A stretch of 41,229 nt of DNA from Paraspadella gotoi (GCA_051294375.1 CM119263.1:8091719-8132947), one strand, 5' to 3'. Shown: positions 23,219-37,801, counted from the first letter of the stretch. Numbers and translations are program-made. Notes: generated from the letters alone by a model not told the origin.

Positions 23219-24770
23219 TAGCTCTTTTTCATTATATTCTCCGCTTCCATTCCGCCAAATGATATCGCACGCCAGCGATTGATGCCAGAGAGAAGGAATT
23301 TGCGTTTCTCTCCCTTCTTGTCAGCTGCTCCTCATTTGCGCCTCTTTTGGTCGTTAATTTTCTTTTCCTCGAGACGAACGAGATTTTTTTCTTTTGTTCA
23401 GTGCAGAAGAAAAAAAAAAAAATCCGTTCTCATTTTCTGCATCGACGCTTCATCGAGCTCCGCGTTTCGACTCTCGGCCAATTGGCTTTCGTCGAGACGC
23501 GATTTATTCGCCCACTCCTTACCCCCCCCCCAGAGGCCCCCCCCCCCCCGAAAACCGTGTGTGCTCGCTCATTTGATCCCACCCCCACGAAGTCAATCCG
23601 GATTTTTTCGATGGGAAATTCGTCTGCCGACGCAAACCCGAAGACAATTGGAGATTTCGATTTCCCAAGTCGAATTGTGATTCGTTTTCACGCGGGTTCC
23701 ATTATCAGAGCTCCGGCATCACGTTCGCCGGTTCCACCCGGTTTCAACCCGCGCCCCTTAGACCCGTCTTGGCTTTATCGCCGACTCGAACAATCGAGTC
23801 GCAACCGCGCATTGCTTCCTTTTCTTCGGGTGGCACGCTACGATTTGATTAGGCGGGAAGGGCCGACTGTTTGTCGTATCCGTCGTCGTCGTCGTCGGTC
23901 CGTCGTCGTCGTCGTCGAGTCTTCTGGAGCAGGTGCGGACTTTTTTCTTTCATTGTCAGAATCTTGTCATTTGATTGCCTCGCGCCCGCAGGAGATTCTC
24001 CTCTCGTTCGCCGCGACATCTGGCCGAATTTCTTTTACGCCTTGGCGACTTTATTCTTTTTTCTTTTAACAGTTATATTCAAATCTGTAATTTTCCGGTT
24101 CCTTTTTTCATCCTCTCTAGCTCTTTTCATTATATTCTCGCTTCATTCCGCCAAATGATATCGCACGCCAGCGATTGATGCCAGAGAGAAGGAATTGGTT
24201 TCTCTCCCTTCTTGTCAGCTGCTCCTCATTTGCGCCTTTTGGTCGTTAATTTTCTTTTCCTCGAGAGCGAAACGAGATTTTTTTTTGTTTCGTCAGAAGA
24301 AAAAAAAAAAAATCCGTTCGCATTTTCTGCATCGACGCTTCATCGAGTCCGCGTTTCGACTCTCGGCTCAATTGGCTTTCGTCGAGACGCGATTTATTCG
24401 CCCCTCCTTACCCCCCCCCAGAGCGCCCCCCCCCCCCCGAAAATCCGTGGTGTGCTCGCGTCATTCTGATCCCACCCCCACGAAGTCCAATCCGGATTTT
24501 CGATGGGAAAGTTCGTCTGGACGCAAACCCGAGACAATTGGAGATTTCGATTCCAAGGCGAATTGTGATTCGTTTCACGCGGGTTCCATTATCAGAGCTT
24601 CACGGCGATCACGTCGCCGGTTCCATCCGGTTTCACCCGGCGCCCCTTGACCCGTCTTGGCTTTATCGCCGACTCGAAGCCAATCGAGTCGCAACCGCGC
24701 ATTGTCCTTTTCTTCGGGTGACGCTACGATTTGGATTCAGGCGGGAAAAGAGGCGGCGACTGTGTCGTAT

Positions 24771-24822
<52 letters not shown>

Positions 24823-25006
24823 GTCTTTGGAGCAGGTGCGGACTTTTTTCTTTCATTGTCCAAATCTTGTCATTTGATTGCATCGCGCCTCGCAGGAGAT
24901 TCTCCTCTCGCTCGCGACATCTGGCGAATTTTTTTCGCCTTGGGACTTTATTCTTTTTTTTCTTTACAGTTATATTCAAATCTGTAATTTCCGGTTCCTT
25001 TTTTCG
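23219..25006. repeat. Tandem direct duplication, unit ~0.9 kb, next to the 25-N gap 23136-23160
   Basis: Copy 1 spans about 23219-24110 and copy 2 about 24118-25006. They are colinear and differ mostly by 1-2 nt indels and (TCG)n length. Confidence 0.9.
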
Positions 25007-26072
25007 TTGAGTTATAGTTTCTACATAGAGTAGATAGAATTAGAATTCGCCAATGGCTGTGGAGCGTTTTTTTTTCCTCGTTTCTGGAGTCATAATGTAT
25101 CAGATGATTTATGATGATTTTTAAAGTATTTTTAAAATTTTTTTTAGTTTTATCTCCAGAACATTTTACAATTTATCTTACGTTTCTTTAGGCTTATGAT
25201 TAAATTTATATATATCTTTTCTTTAAAATCATTTATATTAATTGTAATTAAATTGTTATTTATTTTTCTTATTGTGTATTTAGTAGTTAGCGTGTTTACT
25301 AATTTTTCACTATCACAATTAAATAAACTGTGGAATATATTTTATACTGAGATTTCTTCCTTTAAAAGTTGATTTGGTTAATCTCATTATTTAACAACAA
25401 TCTTCAAAAGATAGAAATTTACAAACGATGACAAAAAAGCCGATTTCAGAGTCCATTAAGTTTATGCCAGGATTGATCGAGCTTCAAATGAAGTTGAAGC
25501 TGAAGTTCAATGAAAAATCAGTTCGGAGAGGTGATGCTCGTCGAGAAGTAAAAAAACAGAAAGAGATGCGATAGTAAAACTAAGGAGTTAGTGATATTAA
25601 TTTGAGAATTAAGAAATGAAGATTTGATTGATTAAATGCGAATTGGTACAAGCAATAATAAAATTATCCATTCATTTAATAAATAAGCTATCTTGTCCCT
25701 ATTTGCGATTAGAGATATCAGAAATTCATCTGTTATATCCCATTGAATTAAGTCTTCGGTAAAAAATCTCTTCTGCAGTTGAGGAAGTAATATTAAAAAG
25801 TAAAAGTTTCGCTATAGAAGTTTATGAAAGAAGCTTTACAACACAATGGCTCAATCCTTCTTATTCTCGACAATAAAAAGAAAATTAAAGAAGTTTATTT
25901 TGGATTGTGACGTTCCTGACGTCAGTCGAGAAGGAGAACTCAAGAAGCGCGAAAGAAAAGCACAGCTGTCTTAAAGGTTTTGTGATGGTGAACTCTAAAT
26001 CAGGTGGATGAAGGTCGCAAAGGTGAGAAGGTGGCGCTCAACACAAAAATCGCACAATAAATATCAATAGAA

Positions 26073-26204
<132 letters not shown>

Positions 26205-26511
26205 TCAAAAAGAAAAGAATAAAAACAACCTCAAAATGAAGACAGGAAAAGAAACAAGAAGACAGACAAAATTATAGAAACAAAGTGATTTGCCTTGAAG
26301 CGTTTTCCAGATGAAGGTGTTGCTTTTGGTTTATTTTATGCCGTCGTCTCAAACCTGCCCAAAGCGGTGAAAGAGAATCATTTTTGATGTATGGAAGACG
26401 AATATTTGATGTTTTATGCGCAAGTACCGCTTTTTTTTCATTTGACTTTACTAAGACCTTCTATGGACGGGTCGTACAATGGACACCCGAAATATGTTCC
26501 TTGACTAGTTC

Positions 26512-26620
<109 letters not shown>

Positions 26621-27320
26621 CCTCTTCCCCGCTTAGTATCTCATGATCCGCTTTTGTTGTTCCCGTTGATGGTAAATTTACGGTTTGTTTTGACTCGTGG
26701 TTCCCGATTTGCATCGAGTTGCACCCGGCAGCACCTGTGGCCGGCTTTTCCTCGCCTAATAAATCTGCGTTTCTCTTTCTTTCTCTTTTTCTCATACTCC
26801 TTCTTTCTCTTTCTCTCTTTCTCTTGATATCTTTTTCTCTATTATTCTTCCTTTTTCTCACTCTGTGGAAATAATCTTTTAGAAGATTTCAGAATATATT
26901 GTGTCTGAAATATTCTCCTCAGGTTCGCTGGCAGATTTTTTTCTTTATNNNNNNNNNNNNNNNNNNNNNNNNNNNNNNNNNNNNNNNNNNNNNNNNNNNN
27001 NNNNNNNNNNNNNNNNNNNNNNNNNNNNNNNNNNNNNNNNNNNNNNNNNNNNNNNNNNNNNNNNNNNNNNNNNNNNNNNNNNNNNNNNNNNNNNNNNNNN
27101 NNNNNNNNCTCTCTCTGGTTTTCCGGGAGCTTTCTGGCTTAAAGTCGCCGGTCGTCAAGTTTTATGGAGAAACAATAACCTTTTTAAACTTTTGAGTTTT
27201 GAGGCGAAACCACGTCGGTGGTAATTCGAAATTTTCATTCGAACGAAGCGAAAGATTGAGAGAGAATGTGTAAGAGATAAACAATTCGTCTGTAAATTCT
27301 CTGAAAATGATCTAAAATCG

Positions 27321-27377
27321 TCTTCAAGTCATCTTCAAATCATCTTCAAGTCATCTTCAAATCATCTCCAAATCATC
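27321..27377. repeat. 11-bp minisatellite, ~5 copies
   Basis: TCTTCAARTCA repeated head to tail. Confidence 0.85.
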
Positions 27378-27420
27378 AAAGGAAACGTCGCTCAAATTGG
27401 ATCGTCTTTCTATGAAATTG

Positions 27421-27533
<113 letters not shown>

Positions 27534-30500
27534 ACAGATCTTTTCCAATCCTCACGAACCGAATACAAAGATGTGATTCACCAAGTTGTTGTTGTGATTC
27601 AAGATGCCGGCAAAGAAGACGATGATCATGATGAAGCTAATGATGATACAATTTTTAAGATTTTTTTTGTTANNNNNNNNNNNNNNNNNNNNNNNNNNNN
27701 NNNNNNNNNNNNNNNNNNNNNNNNNNNNNNNNNNNNNNNNNNNNNNNNNNNNNNNNNNNNNNNNNNNNNNNNNNNNNNNNNNNNNNNNNNNNNNNNNNNN
27801 NNNNNNNNNNNNNNNNNNNNNNNNNNNNNNNNNNNNNNNNNNNNNNNNNNNNNNNNNNNNNNNNNNNNNNNNNNNNNNNNNNNNNNNNCTTCCCAGGATT
27901 CTCCCGGAAAAAATCCCCATTTCAACCACATGCCTTTTTTTTTCGCGGATTTTTAATCTTTTGTTGTGTTTTCCAGCTTTTCCGACAGGGTTGCTTGTGA
28001 TAAGCTTAATTTTTTTCCTTTTTTATGTTTTCCAGATTTTCAAACAGATTAGCTTGAAATGTGGTTTCATAATGTGAAATAAATGCCCATTTTCTCGTGT
28101 GATTACCAACGGTAACTCCTGTAGTTATTTCGTGTTATCATGATTTTAAGCACGATTACTTTGAATAAACATTCACATAACCTATACAACTTCATTAAAC
28201 CGTTTTAAAATTATGTAACTCTTTTAATTCTTTTTAATTATATAATAATCTAATTTCGAATAATTTTTGTCGGAAAAAGTCAGCTTTTTCATCTACTAAT
28301 GGTTAAATCTACTTGCTAAACTAATTTAATAACTCCACGAATCATCAATAATTTGTGCGACGCCAATTTAAAATAAAATCAAGAATATTTAAGAATAAAA
28401 AAGCGGCACTAATTCTTAAATCAGTAGTAACAGGTTTTTTTTTAAATTTGAACTCAGAACCAAAATTTGTACCAAATTTTCTAGTCGGATGTAAACCATT
28501 GAAAGCAGATAGAAAGAGACGCATAAGCAAAGCAGTCCTTATAAAAATATGCTTGGCTGCATCGCGAACGCAGGCCGTCCTTGTTTGTTTACGATCAGCC
28601 TGTGGTTTTCGGAGCAACCTTCGTTATCAATTAGCCCCCACCGTCTTCATTTTTTAAAAGGGTCCAAAATTTTTTTTATTCGATAGGCCTCTTTTGTTTT
28701 CTTTTTCTTCATCTCCACTTTTAAAACAAAAGCGCTTTACACTTTTATCCCAGCTCATCCGATTCTCCCCTTGGCCTTTGCTCTGACCCCCTTTCTCCAT
28801 GGAGTTCATAATTACTTATTATTATTATATTATTATTATTATTATTATTATATTATATTATTATTATTTATTATATTATTATTTATTATTATTTTTTTAT
28901 GTTTTAATTCATTTTGTAAATTCTCTATTTCTGATTGCAGCTGGTCTCCTTTCTGATTTGTATTTTAAGATGTTTTTATCTTTTCTCATTTAATATTTTT
29001 CTTTCATTTGAACGTTCTTAAGTTTAATTTTTTTTTTATTCGACTTTCTTGCTTTTAGTACAAGCCTCCAGGTGAGGTGTAATTCGTGTAGCCTTCGTTA
29101 GTCTTTTCCCTCCCGAGTCTCTCGTTTGTAATAAATATCATTTAAATCATATTTTTTATGTTTCCAAACTAAATCAATGCCGGTGACTTTTATTTTCGTA
29201 TTTATTTAATTCGATGTTATCTTTCAGCTCAAACCGTCCCTTGCGGGTTTATTTTTCGAATTTTTTTTTTTTCTTTCAAATTTTTTTGTAGCTTTTTTTT
29301 CCTGGGCACTGTTACTCAAGTGCCTTCGATGATAAGATAGAAGCAAAAAAACAACTCATTGCTCCTAAAAATATGGAAAGAAGACCGAAATGAATTTTGA
29401 GCCGGAAGGGAGAAAAGATGGTAGATAAAAGAGGAAAGAGAGAGACGAGTGAGGAGCGAGAGCGAAGAGAGCGAGAAGCAACTTGTTCAGCTAAGCCTAG
29501 TAAAAATTTCAAATTTAACTTTAATTAAAATTCTCAAAATGAGAAACGAACAACATAATACCAATGACACTTTATGTATGAAAAAATTTATATAATATTT
29601 TACAATTTTCCAGTAGCCATAATTTTATACTAGTACTAACTAATAAATATTAAAAATTTCAAAAACCGTTTTTCTAAGATTTTTTTTGGCAGAATTTGGG
29701 ATTCGTCATAAAAAAGTTTGATAAAAAGGAAAGTATAACTCTTTTTGAAAAATTCCTTCAATAAGTGGGTCAAAAATTAAAAAGCTCATACTTATAAAGC
29801 TGAAAAATTATTTTTTAAATATATTAAATATAGTTTTTTTAAATTTAACGCCACTTAATGAAATAATTTTTTTAAAAAAATGAATTATATTTTCTTTATC
29901 ACTTTGACAAGGAATCAATCTGGCAAATCAAAAATAAAAAAAAGCCTATTTTAAATTTTCGATTTTACATAGATTAGGTACTTATATAGAATATACCTAC
30001 TGCGAAAATTAAAAAATATAAAATTAATTTTTTTACAAATAATGTTTCACTGATGGTATGGTTGTTCATATTAATATTAGAATTTCCGTATGTAACTTTC
30101 ACTACCGCCTTACTGTTTCAGTTACGTAAAGATATTTCTGAAACAAACTATACCCAATACAATAGAAATACATAAATTAGCCAGGGGATGCGCCATCCAA
30201 GTAAGTTGACTGCAGTAAGCTTTTCACATCAACCAATAATATACATAACAATGAATTCAAACTCAAAAAAAAAAAAAGAAATTGTCTGTCAAGAATTTAA
30301 AAAAAAAATATATAAAGAAGTAAAAAAGAGAAAGAAAAATCCTTTTTCGAAAAACTTTAAGTAAACAGAGGATAAAGAGACACTCGTTCCCATCCGTTGT
30401 TCTCATTCTCGTAACGTGGATTGCCATCCCTTGACCTTCAGATTCCGTTACGAACGGGGCAGTCTTTAGACTCTCTGGCACGACTCCCGGGCCGAATCTT

Positions 30501-31067
30501 GGCATGCGTCCGTCGAAGGAATCGAAACGCGCAAGAAAAGTAATTCTTTGCACCACCTGTGGTTGCGAGTCTCTAAAAAAGTTCGCTCGGTGAAAATCGG
30601 TGACAATTTAGAGGTTCACTTTTGAGGGGGAAAATGTATTAAAGACATAAAACGGTTGAGACTTCGATATTGCGGCGTTTCAAACCGAACTAAGTTCACT
30701 TTTGTATTTAAATGTATTTAAATTTTAGGAGAAAAGTTGTTGGCTAAAAAAAATTTCGAGCGTCGAATCGGATGAAACCTGACTTTCCTTGTTTTTTCTG
30801 AACCCACGAAAAAAATAACACCGGTTAAAAAAAAAAAAACAAACCCAAACATAAAATACAAAACAAAACAAAAAAAAGAAAACAGATCCTAAATCCTACG
30901 TCACAGATTTTCACTTGTTTTCTTATTTTTTTTTTCCAAAAAAATAAACTTAAATAAAAAAAAAGACGAAAAAACTTAAACGAGAGAAAACGAATCGAAG
31001 CGAAACGAATTCACGAGACTCGAACGAATCAAAAACTCACAACCTCGAGACTCTACCCTCCCTCACG

Positions 31068-31158
<91 letters not shown>

Positions 31159-31348
31159 CTTCACCACTTATTGACGAATGAAGAACAGGAGAAACGCATA
31201 CGTCATGCGGCGCGACAGCATTTAGGACCACGGCGTGCGGCTTCCTCTCCCAGGACGTTCGGGAGAGGCCTCGGGCCATCATCTCTCCTCCTCTCTCTCT
31301 CTCTCTCGGTCTCTCTCTCTACTCTCTCGTAGTTTTCTCGCTCTCTGC

Positions 31349-31933
31349 CTTCCCACCTAAAAGTTTTTTCCGTGTCTGATCTCTGCGTCGTGGGCCTTGC
31401 CAAACTCCTGCGTATTTTGCCAAACTTTCGCTCCAAATAACATCGGACGCGCGTTTTTCAACAGATATTATCGAAGCCAAGCCGTTTACCGTGTTCTGAC
31501 GAAAGTCCTAATGTTACGGCATTCCTCTTATGACGTATTTCTAATCTCGAAAGTTATAAGTTACTGCCAAAAGCGATGCCATGTTTATTTTATAAAACCG
31601 AGAGAAGTGATAAAATTTATTTAATTGTCAAGAATTAGCAGCTTCTCATTATCAATTTTGGTTTTTTTGTTGTAATTATTGTAATTCTTGTTAATATTTT
31701 TGTTAAATTTATCGCCAAGATTAATTCGGAAATTAAATTGTTGAAAAGCAGTGCACGATTTGAGACTGCTTAGACCACGTACGAAACCCTCAGTGCAAGG
31801 TTCAAGTTTGCGGTCATCCAGTGGCCGGCGTATAATGTGAACGTTAGTTTATGAGACTGGGACTTGCCTTCCATGTCGACAATTTTCACCTTCGAAATAT
31901 ATGTCATCTTTTTTCACTCTTTCACTTTCCGAG

Positions 31934-31978
<45 letters not shown>

Positions 31979-32176
31979 TCCTCCTCTCTCTCTCTCTTCT
32001 CTCTCTCTCGTTCTCTCTCTCTCTCTCAAACTGTTTTCTTCCCTTCTAATTAGACATAACATAACAAAGACAAGCGCAAACCATACTAGCTCATCAACAT
32101 TTTTTCCTTACGGAATTTATGAAGATACGTCGCTCAATTGGCTGTCGAGGCCCCCCCCTCTCTCTCTCTCTCTCTT

Positions 32177-32233
<57 letters not shown>

Positions 32234-32363
32234 AACTGGTTTCTTCCCTTTCTAATTAGACAACTTTAGACATTACAAAGACAAGCGCAAGAGCATCGTA
32301 GCCTCATCAAATTCCGTATAACGGAATTATGCAAGAAGATAACGTTCGAATTGGTGGTCGAGT

Positions 32364-32427
<64 letters not shown>

Positions 32428-33421
32428 CTCAACTTGTAAATGGAAAATAAAGGAAGCGAAGGAAGAAATCAAATAGTGGGCGATTAAAAGAAGAGGATGG
32501 GAGGCGGCGAATAAACGCGAAATAACGAGAATGGAATGCGAATTCTGCCAAATGGCAAAAAGAGAGGGGAGAAGAGACGAGAGAAGAGGAGTAGAAAGGG
32601 GAGAGAGAGCTGAGAGAGGAGGAAGAGAGAGTAGAGAGAGGGAGAGAGAGGAGAGAGAGGAGAGACGGAGAGAGGAAACGAGGTGATAGTTCTTTTTTGT
32701 CTCCTGGCAACCGAGGACGACGTTCAGATTTTCCCTGGCGACGCCCGTCGTTACGAGGCGGGATGTGGGGGGGGTTAAGAGGGGGATTGAGGAGGGGGGA
32801 GAGAGGGCTAANNNNNNNNNNNNNNNNNNNNNNNNNAGAGAGAGAGAGAGAGAGAATGAACTCGGAGAAGTGAAAGAGTGAAAAAAGATGACATATATTT
32901 CGAAGGTGAAAATGTCGACGATGGAATGGAAAGTCCCAGTCTCATAACCGTCACATTTATCACGCCGGCCACTGGATGACCGCAAACTTGAACCTTGCAC
33001 TGAGGGTTTCGTAGTGGTCTAAGCAGTCTCAAACCGTGCACTGCTTTCAACATTTAATTTCCGATTAATCTTGGCGATAAATTTAAAAATATTACAAGAA
33101 TTACAATATTACAACAAAAAACCAAAATTTGATAATGAGAAGCTGTAATTCTTGACAATTAAATAAATTTCATATTCTTGGTTTAAAATAAACATGGCAT
33201 CGCTTTGACAGTAACTTATACTTTCGAGATTCAGAAATAAGTCATATAGGATCCAGTACATTAGGACTTTCGTCAGAACACGGTAAAGGCTTGGCTCGAT
33301 ATATCTGTTGGAAAAAGCGCGTCCGATGTTATTGGAGCGAAAGTTTGGCAAATATCCGGCAGGAGTTTGGCAAGGCCACGAGAGCAGATAAGGAACACGG
33401 AAAAACTTTTATGGTGGGAAG
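31349..33421. repeat. Inverted duplication of ~0.6 kb around the 25-N gap 32812-32836
   Basis: About 31349-31960 is the reverse complement of about 32837-33421, with indel-type differences. An internal ~200-bp tandem duplication (about 32030-32230 and 32233-32420) is also present. Confidence 0.88.
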
Positions 33422-34709
33422 NNNNNNNNNNNNNNNNNNNNNNNNNNNNNNNNNNNNNNNNNNNNNNNNNNNNNNNNNNNNNNNNNNNNNNNNNNNNNNN
33501 NNNNNNNNNNNNNNNNNNNNNNNNNNNNNNNNNNNNNNNNNNNNNNNNNNNNNNNNNNNNNNNNNNNNNNNNNNNNNNNNNNNNNNNNNNNNNNNNNNNN
33601 NNNNNNNNNNNNNNNNNNNNNNNNNNNNNNNNNNNNNNNNNNNNNNNNNNNNNNNNNNNNNNNNNNNNNNNNNGAGAGAGGAGCAGAGGGACCGACGGCA
33701 GAGAGAGAGAGACACGAAGACGAGGATCGATTTGGAAGAGTGATGGGAGGAGAGTAGAGAGAGAGAGAGAGAGAGAGAGGCTCCGAACTTTAAGCTTCCT
33801 TATCCGGCGCTTAATCTGAAAATCGTGAAAAAGTGCAACAAGACGTGGAGACTGTTCCTCCACCAAAACAGTGAACACTGCTCTTGCGGTGCTGACTGTC
33901 TCTCTTCTAGGAAACTGTTCTTCTAGCAATCGAGCACTTTCTTGTCCTGCGATTTTTAAATTTCTTTTTCTAACTTTTTTTTAAATACGAGTCTTCAGTT
34001 CCTCACTGTTCTTCAGTTCTCGACTGCTCCGTTCGTTTTTAGAAAAAGACTGAGACAGATTCTTTCGATTTTCGGAGCGAAATAAAGAAAAAAAGAAGAA
34101 AAAAAAGAAAAAAGGGGGAAAAAATGAGGACGAGAGAAAAAAAAAACAGGATTTGGAAAGTTGAAGGGAACCGAGAAAGGATGAGCAAAAAATATAAAGA
34201 AAATTAGAGTAAAATTAAATAAGGAAATGAAACAAAAATGGATCAAACCATGAAACAAACGCAAAGAACTAAAGAAAAAAGGAGGTCAAATAAAGATCCT
34301 TCAAAACAGAATTTCTAAAAATGGGTGATTAAACAAAATAAAAAAGAAATTAACAGAAATGAAGGAGAAATTGAAAGAATTAAATAGGAAATAAAAAATA
34401 AAATGGAAGAAAATAAAAGGCGAGATAAGGAGGATGAAGCAAATAAGGAGAAAAGATAAAAAGAGGAAAGAAGAAAAAAAAGAAAGAAAAAAAAAAAGAA
34501 AATGGTGACGAGGTCGCGTGAAAGGAAGGGCGCCACTAGTCCGTGTTGGGGCAATAAGCCAAGATCTATGGCGATGCATAATGAGATGGTAATTCATTTG
34601 GAGTNNNNNNNNNNNNNNNNNNNNNNNNNNNNNNNNNNNNNNNNNNNNNNNNNNNNNNNNNNNNNNNNNNNNNNNNNNNNNNNNNNNNNNNNNNNNNNNN
34701 NNNNCTGGA

Positions 34710-35070
34710 ACGATAGGAGCGGTTAGAAGGTGATAGAAGCAGATCGAAGGGATAGAAGAGGATAGAAATGATAGAAAGGATAGAAGGTAGGAAGGATCCC
34801 GGAAGAATAGGAGGGTGTAGAGGGATCAGAAGGGGTTAGTAAGGATAAAATGATTAGATAAAGAGATCGAAGAAGGATCCGGACAGGTTAGAGTGGTAGA
34901 AGGGATAGAAAGGATAGAAAGGATCACGAAGGATCCTGAAGGATAGGAGGGTTAGAAGGGATAGAAGGGTTAAAGGAGATAGAAAGCGAGAAGATAGAAG
35001 GATCCTGGAGGATAGGAGGGTTAGAAGGGATATGAAGATCCTGGGAGAGATAGAAGCGTGTAGAAGGGAT
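34710..35070. repeat. Degenerate purine-rich ~9-bp satellite (GATAGAAGG-like)
   Basis: Repeated GATAGAAGG/GATAGGAGG/GTTAGAAGG with recurring GAAGGATCC variants. Confidence 0.75.
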
Positions 35071-35218
35071 AAAACGGCGAGGATCGGGGAAAAGGCAGGA
35101 TATTCCGGCGAGATCTCTCTCTCTCTCTCTTCCGGTGCGCCAGACCTCGGAGCGTTGAGAAGGAAATGGTGGGAAGATGTACCTCCTTTGCTCCGCCCCC
35201 CCCCACTCTCTTCTCTCT

Positions 35219-35292
<74 letters not shown>

Positions 35293-37801
35293 CACCTCTC
35301 GGGCACAAGAATATAAAATACGTCGTGAAAAAATTTACTAAGAAAGAAGACACTTTGCATTTTTAATCGAAGGGGGAAAGAGGCGGTAAGGGTGAGCAGA
35401 GAAAGTAGAGGAGAGAGACGAGAGAGAGGCGAGGAAGACGAGAGAGAGAGCAGAGAGAGGAGAGAGAAGAGAGCGAGAGAGAGAGAGACGGTGCCGAGCA
35501 GTGGAACGCGATACGGGGCTTTAGGGGTTGTTTTTTTTTTCTTGACATTTCGGCTGGCGTTTTTTTCAGTAAGGAAGAAAGTGAGAGAGAGACAGAACGA
35601 GAGATGAGAGGAGAGAAGAGAGAGAGAGAGGAGACGAGAGAGAAGAGAGGAGAGAGAGAGAGAGAGAGAGAAGAGCGAGGCAGACGCGTTGCCTCGTCCT
35701 CGCTCTGCCCGCTTATTTCTTCTTAAAAAAAGACGCTGCAAGTTTGATTATAGCGGAATGAGGATGGAGTCTTCCGATGCGTTTTATGAACGTCGTTTAC
35801 AAATTCAACCGAGCTACGACGGGATTGGTTCCAGGTTCTCTTCCTGCTCACTGTCCTTTGTTTTTCGTTTTTTCTTTTGTTTTTTTGTTTTTTTTATTTT
35901 TTCCTTTTTTTTTTGTCTTTTTTTTGTGTTCTTTTGTTTTTTTACTGTAGGTGTCTGTCTGGAAAGTCTTTTGGGGGACGAGTCGACGAAATGAGCCGAA
36001 CTTTAAGTGGACTTTGCAAGGAAGGGAAGATGGCCGAACGGCGGAGGAAAGATGGAGGACAAAAGAAGAAATTAGCGAGAAAAGAGAGGAAAAAAAATAA
36101 GCAAGAAAAGAAAAAAAAATGAGGAGAAGATGAAGATCGAAAAGGAGCAACAAAAACCATTTTTTTCTTTTTTTTTTTCTTTTCTTTTCTTCTTCGTCTT
36201 AGAAGGGGAGGACGATGGTTGGCTGTGGACATGGGGTTGGGGTCGGGGCGGTGGAAAGGGCAGGGGCAGCAAAACCAACACGGCAGGCCAGCGCGCGAGG
36301 GATGCGATGGCGATGTCTAATGATAATAATGTATTTTAAAGTATATCAAATAAAAAATTTGTTAAAAGTTGTTAGCTATATTTAAGAAAAAAAAATTTGA
36401 TTGAATATTATAGACTTTATAAGTTTAAAAATTAGTAGTTAAAGCCTCTTTAGAATTTTCAGCGAGGTAAAATGCAGATACAACCTTTCCAAATAAATTG
36501 TCTTTTCTAATCTAATTATATTACGTGCCTCGCTCAACTTGGTCGGCTGTCCCATTAACATAATACTTGATAAAACAGAGGCAAACTTTGTCATATTATG
36601 ACCTCACCCACTACTTTATTTTCATTAACTTCCTCGGTTAACGTCCTAATACCAAATATACAAGACCTTAAAGGTATGTCGCGCTCCATGAAGAGGGAAA
36701 AATTGTGCGAAAGTGACCAACGCAAACGCTTAAAGTAAAAGTGGAGAAGAAGGGCGACGTCGTGAGAATGACTAACCCTAGTCGGTTTCTTCCTTTATCT
36801 GAAAATATAATAGAAGATTTGCTTTTTATGCCTATCGTTTACAGCTTTTGCAAACTGAGAGGATAGATATCAAATATACATCAAGGAACTACATAGGAGT
36901 TTAAGGAGTGCAATCGACAGAATTGAATGATGAAATCGAAACACACCCATCGAAAAGGAATCTAAACAACAGAATAAAGTAAAAACAAACAAAACTAGGG
37001 ACAGAAGGACTGAACAGAAAAAATGACAGGAATAGAAAAACGATCGTCGAGAATGACGACAAAAGGGAATCGTTTCACTAGTGTCGACGAGATAACCGAA
37101 AGGAATAAGTGGACAGAGAGACAAACATAAGCCGGTCAGCGCAGTGTCAGGATAGTGATGTAACTTCTGTAGTATCGATATATAACTTGCATAAGTAATA
37201 AATATATGCATAAAATATCTCATGGTTAATTACTTAACTATTGAAATAAATACCCACTATGCATAAATTATACCATATTTGTTTTTGGATTAAGTGATTA
37301 TATTTTTAGGTGATTATATGACTGCAGAAAAATGAAACATTTTATGCAACATCGCCCTAATACTATATTGATATGAAGTTACCTTAATTAGAAATATTTA
37401 AAATATAAATAAAACTGATTAAGAGATAGTCAAACTGATGGACCGACCAAAAAGTAATAAATAGAGCTGCTCCATGAGTCCTAGCGACTCAACTAAAAAG
37501 ACTAAAAAGACCCAAAGAGATTAAGTGCGAAAAATATGCGACTTTCCTCGGTTGCCCCGGAAAATCGTGAAAGACTGTGATCGACCATAAAACATTCTTG
37601 GGTGCACAATGGTGGTGATTGGAATAGCCATGAGAGACATAGAACATTCTTGGGTGGACAAAACTGGACATAGTGTCTTTTATGACGGATCTTGGTGGTG
37701 AATTTGGGGCCTCACCATTGTTAATATTCACCTCAGCATTTCATTCCCGATCTTCTTTTAATCTTGCAACCAAGATTTTTACGCGGTGCTCCTCTTTATC
37801 A

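Noticed and set aside
23321-23350. AAPHLRLFW as a possible Mxi1 exon 4 (RAHLRLCL)
   Set aside because: The preceding CAG gives the wrong phase and no HLH similarity follows.
23347-24987. ORFs of 150-240 aa in the duplicated CpG-rich block
   Set aside because: Frames are not preserved between the two copies, the poly-R/S/D runs derive from (TCG)n, and no homology is recognisable.
30263-30556. Minus-strand 97-aa ORF with a CAG acceptor-like start
   Set aside because: No recognisable domain, weak pyrimidine tract and no convincing donor; its 3' third is low complexity.
35951-36122. Strong acceptor-like tract followed by VCLESL as exon 4
   Set aside because: That frame stops after 13 codons, and the phase-compatible frame shows no HLH-Zip similarity.
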